Shown here in pieces: positions 34,494-43,598 of a stretch of DNA of 64,000 nucleotides. The translations under genes and the position numbers were made by a program. Position 1 is the first letter of the stretch. Every line of letters starts with the position of its first letter. The stretch is taken from positions 124,001 to 188,000 of IMG/VR virus record IMGVR_UViG_3300017991_005548. One strand, given 5' to 3'. Below the pieces are notes generated by a model. The model saw only the letters and a list, made by a program, of their open reading frames with translations. It was not told the origin of the DNA and made no database searches.

Positions 34494-36632
34494 TTAGCAC
34501 CCCCAATCTCCATTTCCTCTTTCCCATTTAATAGTTACTCCATCAGTTGTCAGAATATATCCAAATTGCCCATTAGCTATCTCTGATCCTAATGTCCATG
34601 TAGCAGGGTTTATATTGTCATTAGATAAGTTTATTGGATTTTGCCAAGTTCCTGAGTAATATCCAACGTATCTATTCCAGTCACCTCCATGACCATTGTT
34701 ATCATAACGAACATTAAGGTACATCCATGTACTAGTATATCCAGTATAATATATTGACACAAAGGCATTCATATTAATTCTGTCGTCACCTTCAGTTTGC
34801 CGCCAATATTCTCCACCAGGAGGGCCAGGATTACAATTATAATTATCTGGGCAAACTTCCTGAGGTTTCCCATTTGCAAATTGGCATCCAAGGAAACTTC
34901 TTTCTGTAGGTGTCTCTCCAGACCAAGATAAAGTAACAAATATTGTTGGACCTGTATCTCCAGGACAATTGCACTGAGGAAGTCCAGACGAACTTGAGCT
35001 AGAGGTAATTCCGAGAGAGCTATCACTACTTGAGGAATCCAAAGAACTAGAAGAACTACTTGATGTACTAGAGGAACTACCCTCTCTTGCACCAGTACAT
35101 TCATACATATATGCTTTCCCAGGATTTCCATCATTATAGATATATGAACCAATCCCTATATAATCTCCATTAACTGCAACCTCATTATATGTTTGGTTAC
35201 TTGGGTTTGGTTCTGTAAAATTCTGATAAAATATCCAAGAATCATCAATCCATCTATATAGATTTTGTCCGATTAATAGTTGATCTCCATCTATAGAAGT
35301 CTGAAATGAAGTGGAACCTAAAGAAAATCCCTGAACATAATCCCATGAATCTCCATTCCACTCATATGCATAAACATATCTTGGATTGTTTTGGGAAATT
35401 GTCATTCTATCCCCATTAATCCTTACGAGATAACCAAGCCCATCATTTGGAGTTGGCCCAGTGAAAGTTTGAATATGTTTCCATTTGCCATTTATTCTTT
35501 CATAAGCGTATGCCCTACCCCTTTCGCCATATTCTCTACGAGCACCAACAATTGCATGATCTCCATAAATAGATACTGCGTTTCCAAAATACCCATTAGA
35601 TTCTGCGTTGGGAGATGAGAGTCTTTTCTCTAGATACCATGTGCTCCCACTTCTTGCATAAATATAAGCCAACCCACCATTTGTTTCATAAGTACCTTGA
35701 TATGCTCCAATAATAATCCTATCCCCACTCATATAGCATGATACGCCAAAATAATCATCAATATTAGGATCTTGTATAATTTGATGCTGAACCCATGATG
35801 ATCCATTCCATCTATAAATAAATAGATATCCCTCTTCCCTTTCTGTGGTTATAGCACAATAATTTCCTCCATCATATGCAACCTGCCATCCGAAATGCCG
35901 ATACAGAGAACTATCTGCTTCGATCATTTGCTTTTGAGTCCAAGAACCATTTTCCAATTCATAATAAAAAACTTTCCCATATGAGTCCAAACTGTCATAA
36001 TGACTAGCCCCAACAAACATTTTTTTACCAGAGATCTTTATTTGTGTACCATATCTGTCACCGTTTATTGGCCCCTCAATGGCTTGTTTGTATTCGAAAC
36101 ACCCATCATTAAAACTTGATGACGAACTATTTGGAAGACAGGCATGTTCACAAACTTCAATTGTTTGCCCCTTCTCGTATTTAGAACTTGCGCTGAGATT
36201 GTCAAGGGTAATAACATCCTCTGCACCTTTGTTTACATAAGTTCCTTGATCAACTCCATCTATACAAACAGTTCCTTCAGGTATTACCCCCAAAAATGGA
36301 GGTGGAGAGAACCACATAGTGCCGTGAGATTGCGAAATGTTTCCGATTGCTGTTGTTACACAAATAAGAGAGCTAGAAGAAGAAATATTCTCCAAAGATT
36401 CCGAAGATGAAGATTCCCCACCAATAGATTCAGAGCTTTCTGAAATTGAGCTTGGCATGAAGCTATCAGATGACGAACTAACAAGTTCACATTCCAAACA
36501 GGTTGAGAAAGTTCCCTCAATACTTAATGGATCAGTATCGACAGGGTCATAGGTTCTCTCAGTGTACGTATAGCACGTCCCCTCTATCCTAACTGTCTTC
36601 CCCTGATATTCTTCAAATACTATATGTCCCAT
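34494..36632 (-). CDS. Putative receptor-binding/adhesin protein: Cys/Ser-rich N-terminus, FG-GAP propeller, Ser tract, Cys-bracketed tip domain
   Basis: DYFGVSCYMSGDRIIIGA and GYFGNAVSIYGDHAIVGA. Its C-terminal domain is shared with 36646-39003. Confidence 0.8.
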   Translation of the reverse strand: MGHIVFEEYQGKTVRIEGTCYTYTERTYDPVDTDPLSIEGTFSTCLECELVSSSSDSFMPSSISESSESIGGESSSSESLENISSSSSLICVTTAIGNISQSHGTMWFSPPPFLGVIPEGTVCIDGVDQGTYVNKGAEDVITLDNLSASSKYEKGQTIEVCEHACLPNSSSSSFNDGCFEYKQAIEGPINGDRYGTQIKISGKKMFVGASHYDSLDSYGKVFYYELENGSWTQKQMIEADSSLYRHFGWQVAYDGGNYCAITTEREEGYLFIYRWNGSSWVQHQIIQDPNIDDYFGVSCYMSGDRIIIGAYQGTYETNGGLAYIYARSGSTWYLEKRLSSPNAESNGYFGNAVSIYGDHAIVGARREYGERGRAYAYERINGKWKHIQTFTGPTPNDGLGYLVRINGDRMTISQNNPRYVYAYEWNGDSWDYVQGFSLGSTSFQTSIDGDQLLIGQNLYRWIDDSWIFYQNFTEPNPSNQTYNEVAVNGDYIGIGSYIYNDGNPGKAYMYECTGAREGSSSSTSSSSSSSLDSSSSDSSLGITSSSSSSGLPQCNCPGDTGPTIFVTLSWSGETPTERSFLGCQFANGKPQEVCPDNYNCNPGPPGGEYWRQTEGDDRINMNAFVSIYYTGYTSTWMYLNVRYDNNGHGGDWNRYVGYYSGTWQNPINLSNDNINPATWTLGSEIANGQFGYILTTDGVTIKWERGNGDWGC

Positions 36633-36645
36633 TATTCACTCCTAC

Positions 36646-39003
36646 TTATGGACAGTTCTCATTTCCTGTTGTTGGAACGTAATTCAAAGAGCCATTTTTC
36701 CAACTACCCCAAGGTTGTCCTGATCCCGAAATTGGCTCCCACTTAATAGTAACTCCCTCTAAGTGACCCGACGTAACAGTACATTTCCCAAACATGATGT
36801 CTCTAATGTCAGTGTAAGCCGAAGCGCTACTCCCCCAAACCCCACACAATGTTGTTGGAGATACGTTAATCATATTGTCTACATTAAAGTGAGGATTGCA
36901 ACCAGTTGTTGTACCATATCCTCCACCTTCATTATAGTTCAAACCTACATAAAACTGGGCTTGGTTATTTCTTATTATAACTGCTATGTCTGCTTCTCCT
37001 GGGCTATATCCACTTCCTTGGTCTACACTGAGTCGAACTGAGTCATCTATGGCTATTCTCCAAACTTCTCTGCCTGAAGTCCAGTAATTGCTTGGACAAA
37101 TTATTTTACTCTCCCCATTTTCCCACTCTTCTCTTAAGAAAACCCTAAGACCTGGACCACTCCAACAAAGTGTCATTTTTACTCTTGGATCGGAATTCCC
37201 CTCACAATTTATCTGATCTAACGCATCGCTTTCAGAACTAGAAGAGCTAATAGAACTACTGCCCAAACTGCTCTCACTTGAGTCAGAACTGAACAAGAGA
37301 CTGCTTTTACTTGATTCAGATGAAGATGTATTTCCAATACTTTCTGAGGAACTACTAATTGATTCACTAATTGAACTGATACTTTCAGTAAATAGCTCGC
37401 ATGCATCATATCGCCAATTTAAGAAACCTGATGAATCTGATGAAGAAGACGGAGGATCAAAACTAGAACTCGATTCAGAAATGGTTATACTTGATTCACT
37501 TGAACTTGAATCAGATCCGACAACCCCAGAACTTGACGACTCAGAATTTCCTAAGGAACTTGACTCGGATTGTGAACTGGAAGATTGTGAAATCGAACTT
37601 GATGACTCAGAATAATTCTCACTTGAGGAGCTAGACGAAGGACTAGATAAACTTGAACCACTCAGAGTTGACTCACTTTGGGTTGACTGACTTTGGGTTG
37701 ACTGGCTTGTGGAAGATACAGCGCTTACTTCTGATATACTACTAGTAGAATATCTATCACTAGAGCTACTGGATGAGTCAAGAGATGATGAACTTGACGA
37801 TTGAGAACTCGAACTTGAGCTTTGATCTAGGTCAGCCTCTCCATAAACGGCTCGATACCTGAAAGCTGTATGAGAGGGCATTGTTTGACTAGCAAGATCA
37901 ATGGCAATTGTGTCATCATTTATCGGCAATCTTTTGAATTCAACTCCTTCGTCTCTCAAACAAGTAACTAAACCTCCACCAGAATAAATTACAGAAGAAT
38001 CGTTTCCTCTAGCCTTCAAAAAACCTTGATTCCCAGGAATAATTCTTGCTGACCACTCTTCAGTATAGGGAATAGAAAACTTAACTGCATCGTCCAAACC
38101 TTCGTCTATTAGATAAAAAACATCCATATCACCACTAATATTGGTGACATTAGTTCTGCCAGTCGCCAAATATGTCTCATCTAATGTCCCTGAATCAAAC
38201 CTGCCAAGATATTGATTTCCGAACACAACAAAATAACCGGAATTGCCTTTGCCTATATCTAGAATAAGATTGGCAGACGTATCAGATGATACAGAGTCAG
38301 AGTAATAATCCAATTCAAAAATTTCATACCCTGATAAAGTTTGAGCAGAAATGACTACATTACCATTTCTTTTGTTTAAGAACTTTCTAACATTACCCGA
38401 GATAGAAGATCCTAATAAATACTTCTCCAATACCTTGGCATTCTCTAAAGACCTCTTGAGTACTTGGGTCTTCTGAACCTGCCAGAAAACGCCTCGACTC
38501 CCATCAACGATAATCTCTAAGGCTTCAGATCCCAGATTAAATGATTTCTTGATTCGAATAGTGTCGGCAGTACCAAAGCAAAATAGTGTTTTGTCATAAT
38601 AAGAATAGACATTGTTGGTTTTATTGTCTACTGAGAGCATTGACAGGTCAACACCTGTATCAAATCTCTCAATAATATGGGTGCAATCTCCTGTTAAACG
38701 ATAAATAATTCCATCGCTAACAGCGAAAACATTCTCACGCATCGCGTTAACTATTTTAACGCGCATTGTGTAGTCAGTATAGAATTTTACGCCTTCTTCG
38801 CCTAAAGGAAAATCAATAAAATTAACGCCATCAAAGCTGTAAAATATTGACCCTTTTACTGCATTCTCCCTAAAAGTCGAGAGATTGTACAGCACAGAGC
38901 CTTCATTGAGTCTGTAGAACTCAAATTCATAACCAACTGGAACCCCAACTTGATCTGGATTTATATTGACATCCCATTCGAAAAATTTTGCTTTGTATGA
39001 CAT
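36646..39003 (-). CDS. Putative receptor-binding/adhesin protein: beta-propeller, ~200-aa Ser tract, Cys-bracketed tip domain
   Basis: Propeller-like N-terminal half, long Ser tract, and C-terminal C.G...P....L.WSG...CP.NY...E.WR...GVTIKWE domain. Confidence 0.78.
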   Translation of the reverse strand: MSYKAKFFEWDVNINPDQVGVPVGYEFEFYRLNEGSVLYNLSTFRENAVKGSIFYSFDGVNFIDFPLGEEGVKFYTDYTMRVKIVNAMRENVFAVSDGIIYRLTGDCTHIIERFDTGVDLSMLSVDNKTNNVYSYYDKTLFCFGTADTIRIKKSFNLGSEALEIIVDGSRGVFWQVQKTQVLKRSLENAKVLEKYLLGSSISGNVRKFLNKRNGNVVISAQTLSGYEIFELDYYSDSVSSDTSANLILDIGKGNSGYFVVFGNQYLGRFDSGTLDETYLATGRTNVTNISGDMDVFYLIDEGLDDAVKFSIPYTEEWSARIIPGNQGFLKARGNDSSVIYSGGGLVTCLRDEGVEFKRLPINDDTIAIDLASQTMPSHTAFRYRAVYGEADLDQSSSSSSQSSSSSSLDSSSSSSDRYSTSSISEVSAVSSTSQSTQSQSTQSESTLSGSSLSSPSSSSSSENYSESSSSISQSSSSQSESSSLGNSESSSSGVVGSDSSSSESSITISESSSSFDPPSSSSDSSGFLNWRYDACELFTESISSISESISSSSESIGNTSSSESSKSSLLFSSDSSESSLGSSSISSSSSESDALDQINCEGNSDPRVKMTLCWSGPGLRVFLREEWENGESKIICPSNYWTSGREVWRIAIDDSVRLSVDQGSGYSPGEADIAVIIRNNQAQFYVGLNYNEGGGYGTTTGCNPHFNVDNMINVSPTTLCGVWGSSASAYTDIRDIMFGKCTVTSGHLEGVTIKWEPISGSGQPWGSWKNGSLNYVPTTGNENCP

Positions 39004-39009
39004 ATTCCA

Positions 39010-42000
39010 TTATGTACTTAGTAAGACATTACCACTTATCATTGGTCTAACATCTCTTGGCTTAACCAAGTAATTCTCTCCGAAAGACCATAATATATTT
39101 CCCCAAGAATCGACTTTTATCAATCTACTGGTAAAAGGTGACTCCAACCCATCGCTCTCCAATATATAATACAAATCTCTTGACGATAATCTTTGTCTTG
39201 TGACGTTTATTTTGCCAGTCAGGATATCTGGATATACAAACCAGTCAAATTCTCCATCATCAATGAACTCAAACGAGTAAGTTTCTCCTGGGTCTAATAC
39301 AGGAGATGTAAACACCGTACCATACAAAGTGAGGTCTGGGTCTTGTTGGAATAAATCATAGGTAGTTGTTCCAGAATAAATGGTAATAGGAGAAGAACTG
39401 CTATTTCTCCAAACAACAGTAGTACCCTGTCTGACAAATATGTTATTCTCACTAACAGAATCATTGTATATGTCGATAACTCTTTGCTCCTGAGGAACTA
39501 TATGGAAATCTGGTATGTATTTATCTGAGTCAAACTGCCATTCAATTTCTGGAGTCTGAGTTTCTAGGTCAGTATAAATAATAATGGCTCTCTGCCTTAT
39601 CGAATCACCAATCAACAACTCATATGCTCCGATCTTTTCGGCACTACCCAAGATTACTTTGGCCCTTTCCTTGCTTTCTGCAAATCTTGCGGCATTATTT
39701 GAGAATACTGTGTCTCCACTCTCATCTAACTGAACAACACTATGGCCATTCAAATATTTCGTTCCGAAAATTAACTGATTCGTTGGGACATCTGCCAAAT
39801 CTGGGTTAGGAGTTAAAAGATCTAGCCCACTCGCTTCTCTTGCAATATTTTCTAATCGTAAGGCGAATTCGTCTGCGTTTTCTTGTCCTGCAAGTCCATC
39901 AAGCCAAGAAGGAGATCTTAGTTTAGCAACAAGTATAGATAATTCCCCTCCTGCTAAACCACTTGTATCATCTGGAATGATTTGCAAATCTATTGGAGAA
40001 TAGATATTCTGTATGAATACATTTGCGACATCAGTATTTGTTCTAGAAGTTTCAACACTCCTGTCGTCTTCACTAACGATAGCTCCCCTGTTCATATAAA
40101 GTTTCAGAAGAGCATTGGAATTTAACCCAACAATAAACTCAGAAGTTATATCACCATGGTCATAAACCAATTGGTTTCCATCAGCATCAACAGTATAGAT
40201 TCTGATTGTATGTTTACCTGGGTCTAAATCTTCAAGAGTAATTGGTTCTGTAGAATAATAATCGATTGCTGGATCACTATCAATTTGATATTGAACATGC
40301 TGACCCGTTGGAACAACAGGAAAATTCTCAGATGTGAATTCGACAACGACAGGGTTATTAGAGTAAGTTTGATTTGGTCGGGGGTATTGTATGCTTAGAT
40401 ATGGGTTGGTGTATGTAGATCTACGAACGAAATTTAATGTTGCAGATGCCTCGTCATTTGTTTGCTCAACATCATTATAATCCACCAAGATAATATCAAC
40501 TTCATGATCTCCAGTACTCAATCCAGAAAATGTATAATTATCCTCATAGATAATAAAACTAGTACCACCATCAATAGACAACTTAATTCCATACTCCCCT
40601 TCATCACTCCCTAATTCTGCATTTCTCAATAAAAAATTCACCTTAACAGAACTGCTAGACGTTCTGAAGTTCTGATATGGTGCTCCAACAGCAATTGCTG
40701 GATCTGTTTGACTCAAAACGTTATTAAGAGCCGTTTTGTCTGCTCCCTGTAGTGTGATTTTCAGAACATGAGACTTGAACGAGAAATGACTTGAGAATAT
40801 CGCTTCTTCATCTGTTGACGTTGATAAATCTCCCCAAATTTCATATTTCGCTTGAGGGATGCCAACCAATTCAGTTGTAGAGTCCGATAAATTGAATCTG
40901 TGCGCTCCAACCTTTAAATAGATCTTGTCCATGTCAAATGTTGCCGAAGCGTTATAGATATTCGTTAAATTACTGTCAAATACTATGTAAAGTATCCCCT
41001 GCTCTTCATTATATATACTATGAAGAACTGTCATGTCATCTTCAGTCGTTTCTGCTGTCTCTTCAGTTTCTTCAGTTGTCTCTGTTGTATTAGATCCTGG
41101 GCCGTTCTCTTCAAATCCATAAGGATCATTTGGAGCTTCCAAGAAACTTCCATAAAAACCAATTTCCAAATTTCCATATCTATCCACTTTCACAATTCTA
41201 TCGTTGTCAGTATCTGCCAACCATAATGAACCTGCGTCCCCTCTTGCAACTCCAGATAAATAGCCGAATGAAGGAGTAATGTCGTTCATTGCTTGATAAG
41301 TCGTTGTTGGTAATGTTGATCCTCCAAAGGCGAAAGCAACATCAAAATCACTCTCTAGCTGACCTGCACTTCCATCTGTCGCAAAGTAATAGGTCCCGAT
41401 ATCATCGACATCTGCAACCTGTATTGATCCTGGATCTGTAGTTGTGTCTATGTTGAAGAGCTTGCCCGTTTCCCAATCTGTTTGAGAAGTAAACTCAAAT
41501 TCAGCATCTTCATCACTAACATAGAAGTCTAGATAAAGCTTCTTCATACAAGCGGTCCTACTATTTGTAATAGAGGACTCAAAATATGCTTCGATCTCAA
41601 TATACTTATAAAGTGTTCCGCTTGTAGGGATAGTTGTTCCGCTAACAGTCGTATATTCTGACCATTCAGCTACAGCCAACCCAGCTTCTGTATTAGAAAC
41701 TCTACTTCTAACTTTGAAGGCCACTCCAGTTGACGATGTGTCTGTAGGAATTACTGTATTCCATCTCAGTCTCCAGTAATCGACTAGCAAATCGTTCCCG
41801 TAAATAACTCTTACATAACCATCATCTTCATAGAAATTTCCAGTACTTAAGATAAAGTCATCAATATTAAGGTCGAATGGTTTTGAATTATCCCAACCAA
41901 GTTGGGTAGAGGTATATATTGCCATTTGATTTACAGATGATCGAATATACCCTCTTAAATCAACTCTAACTTCCTGCCAACCATTTTCTAAAGTATCAAC

Positions 42001-43377
42001 ATTAATGGTTGGAGTGTTTCTTTCAAGAGCCAAGAAATAAGAATTCTGAATACCTGCAACTGAATCGCTAAAGTAGAAAACCCAGTCTCCATGTTCAACA
42101 TCTTCTGTCTTCAAATAGAAGGTAAGGAAATCGTAGTCACTCCAGTCTTGAGCATCGAAATCTTTTCTAATAACCAAAGCCATCTCGGTTTCTTCATTAG
42201 TAACGTCTATTTTCCCACTTGTTGGAGCAGAGACATACTCTGAACTATCCAGAGACAAATTCCCAGTTGTAGTTGAGCTAAGATCTTCTGTGAATACGGT
42301 CCATTCATCAATATTATTAAATTCATCTAGGACTAACTCATTGTTAGTTGTGGCAAGACAAACTGAATCTCCGTCAATAAATACATTACTGTTGGTACTG
42401 TCACTAAAATCATCTTCAGTATCCCAAATTCTTGTGTATGTAGTGAATCCAGCGATTGGAGTCATCGTTATAGTGTGTTCACCACCCTCGGAAAATGTTC
42501 TATAATCAACTTCAGCAGTTGTATTGATCATGTCAACGAAATCATCTGGGCTGATACCTGGAATAAAAGCAATCTCATTTACCAAATACTCATCAATATC
42601 TGGATAAACGTGTTTCAGAGCCAATATGAGTTGCAACAAATTGATTGTGGAGACCTCTCCCATCTTTTTGTTGTCAGTAATATTAAGAGTCTCTACAAAC
42701 GCATCTAATTGAGCATGAGTTAATGTTCCCTGTTCTGTTAATCCTTCGATATGGTCAATCTTTGGTATTCTATTCTCATCAAGAACCCCAGTTTTGATTT
42801 TACTTGCGTCTAAATCTGGAATGTTTTGTTGATTTAAAACTCCTTGGACTTCACTTGAAAGATCAATTGGAGATGGATTACCAGTACCACCGATATGCCT
42901 ATGTTCTTCAACAGCTTGATTGATTAGGGCTTGGAATCCAAGAACTTCTCGTCCATCTGTTGATATAGCTGTTACAGAAACATCATCAGTTGTGACAGAT
43001 CCAAGGTAAAGACTTTCATCATCTGTCTCATGGAAGGACAAATATGCAGAAAAGTTAACATTTTGACTCCAATAACTATCTTCTTGAATCTCAGCGTAGA
43101 CATACATTGTTGTATTTTGATTCAATCCTTCAATAGTAAATGAATCAGTTGATTCTACAGCTACAAAAGCCACATGTCCTGATCCTGGGCCAACTGTAAT
43201 ATTAAGACCCTCGGATACGGTAAGGCCCCATCCTGTTTTTATTCCGTTACCCAGTACATCGAACACTGCAAAAAGCTGAGCATCTAGAGATTCCCATCTC
43301 TGCATCTCAGTTGCGGCATCGGTAGTATCATCTTGTTCGAAATACGATAACTGATATTTATTAGTTCTTCTACTCAT
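39010..43377 (-). CDS. Tail fibre/baseplate-associated protein (1455 aa) with attachment domain, CBM-like sandwich, NHL blade, Ig-like pair and cupredoxin-like fold
   Basis: N-terminal GNGIKTGW....LNITVGPGSG fibre-attachment-like motif; QDWSDYDFLTFYLK...GWQEVRVDL; LWLADTDNDRIV; GTTVVWRN...SPVLDPGETYSFEF..GEFDW. Confidence 0.78.
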   Translation of the reverse strand: MSRRTNKYQLSYFEQDDTTDAATEMQRWESLDAQLFAVFDVLGNGIKTGWGLTVSEGLNITVGPGSGHVAFVAVESTDSFTIEGLNQNTTMYVYAEIQEDSYWSQNVNFSAYLSFHETDDESLYLGSVTTDDVSVTAISTDGREVLGFQALINQAVEEHRHIGGTGNPSPIDLSSEVQGVLNQQNIPDLDASKIKTGVLDENRIPKIDHIEGLTEQGTLTHAQLDAFVETLNITDNKKMGEVSTINLLQLILALKHVYPDIDEYLVNEIAFIPGISPDDFVDMINTTAEVDYRTFSEGGEHTITMTPIAGFTTYTRIWDTEDDFSDSTNSNVFIDGDSVCLATTNNELVLDEFNNIDEWTVFTEDLSSTTTGNLSLDSSEYVSAPTSGKIDVTNEETEMALVIRKDFDAQDWSDYDFLTFYLKTEDVEHGDWVFYFSDSVAGIQNSYFLALERNTPTINVDTLENGWQEVRVDLRGYIRSSVNQMAIYTSTQLGWDNSKPFDLNIDDFILSTGNFYEDDGYVRVIYGNDLLVDYWRLRWNTVIPTDTSSTGVAFKVRSRVSNTEAGLAVAEWSEYTTVSGTTIPTSGTLYKYIEIEAYFESSITNSRTACMKKLYLDFYVSDEDAEFEFTSQTDWETGKLFNIDTTTDPGSIQVADVDDIGTYYFATDGSAGQLESDFDVAFAFGGSTLPTTTYQAMNDITPSFGYLSGVARGDAGSLWLADTDNDRIVKVDRYGNLEIGFYGSFLEAPNDPYGFEENGPGSNTTETTEETEETAETTEDDMTVLHSIYNEEQGILYIVFDSNLTNIYNASATFDMDKIYLKVGAHRFNLSDSTTELVGIPQAKYEIWGDLSTSTDEEAIFSSHFSFKSHVLKITLQGADKTALNNVLSQTDPAIAVGAPYQNFRTSSSSVKVNFLLRNAELGSDEGEYGIKLSIDGGTSFIIYEDNYTFSGLSTGDHEVDIILVDYNDVEQTNDEASATLNFVRRSTYTNPYLSIQYPRPNQTYSNNPVVVEFTSENFPVVPTGQHVQYQIDSDPAIDYYSTEPITLEDLDPGKHTIRIYTVDADGNQLVYDHGDITSEFIVGLNSNALLKLYMNRGAIVSEDDRSVETSRTNTDVANVFIQNIYSPIDLQIIPDDTSGLAGGELSILVAKLRSPSWLDGLAGQENADEFALRLENIAREASGLDLLTPNPDLADVPTNQLIFGTKYLNGHSVVQLDESGDTVFSNNAARFAESKERAKVILGSAEKIGAYELLIGDSIRQRAIIIYTDLETQTPEIEWQFDSDKYIPDFHIVPQEQRVIDIYNDSVSENNIFVRQGTTVVWRNSSSSPITIYSGTTTYDLFQQDPDLTLYGTVFTSPVLDPGETYSFEFIDDGEFDWFVYPDILTGKINVTRQRLSSRDLYYILESDGLESPFTSRLIKVDSWGNILWSFGENYLVKPRDVRPMISGNVLLST

Positions 43378-43595
43378 TCTGCAACCACATCATTTTGTCC
43401 CCATTGACTTGCGCCAATGATAAAGACATCTTCATTAAGTTTAGCGTCCGTTACATTACCTTGTGATAAATCAGATATAGGGTGATCATAAAAAGTCAAT
43501 GAGCCAGTATCAATGGTCTGTCCAAAGCCACCACCATCGAATGCTTGTTGCCCTTGCCTGATTGTAGTTACTAAATTTTGCCAATTAACATTCAT
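43374..43595 (-). CDS. Small hypothetical tail-tip protein
   Basis: 73-aa ORF that fills the gap exactly, with an ATGA overlap to the next gene. Confidence 0.65.
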   Translation of the reverse strand: MNVNWQNLVTTIRQGQQAFDGGGFGQTIDTGSLTFYDHPISDLSQGNVTDAKLNEDVFIIGASQWGQNDVVAE

Positions 43596-43598
43596 AAT

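Noticed and set aside
34494-37210. Possible diversity-generating retroelement targets (paired variable C-terminal domains)
   Set aside because: No reverse transcriptase is present, and I saw no near-identical template repeat differing only at adenines. Similarity is at the protein level only. A DGR elsewhere in the genome cannot be excluded.
39200-39450. Copper-binding cupredoxin in the 1455-aa protein
   Set aside because: The fold pattern is present but the His/Cys/His/Met ligands are absent (FDWFVYPDILTG), so at most it is a metal-free scaffold.
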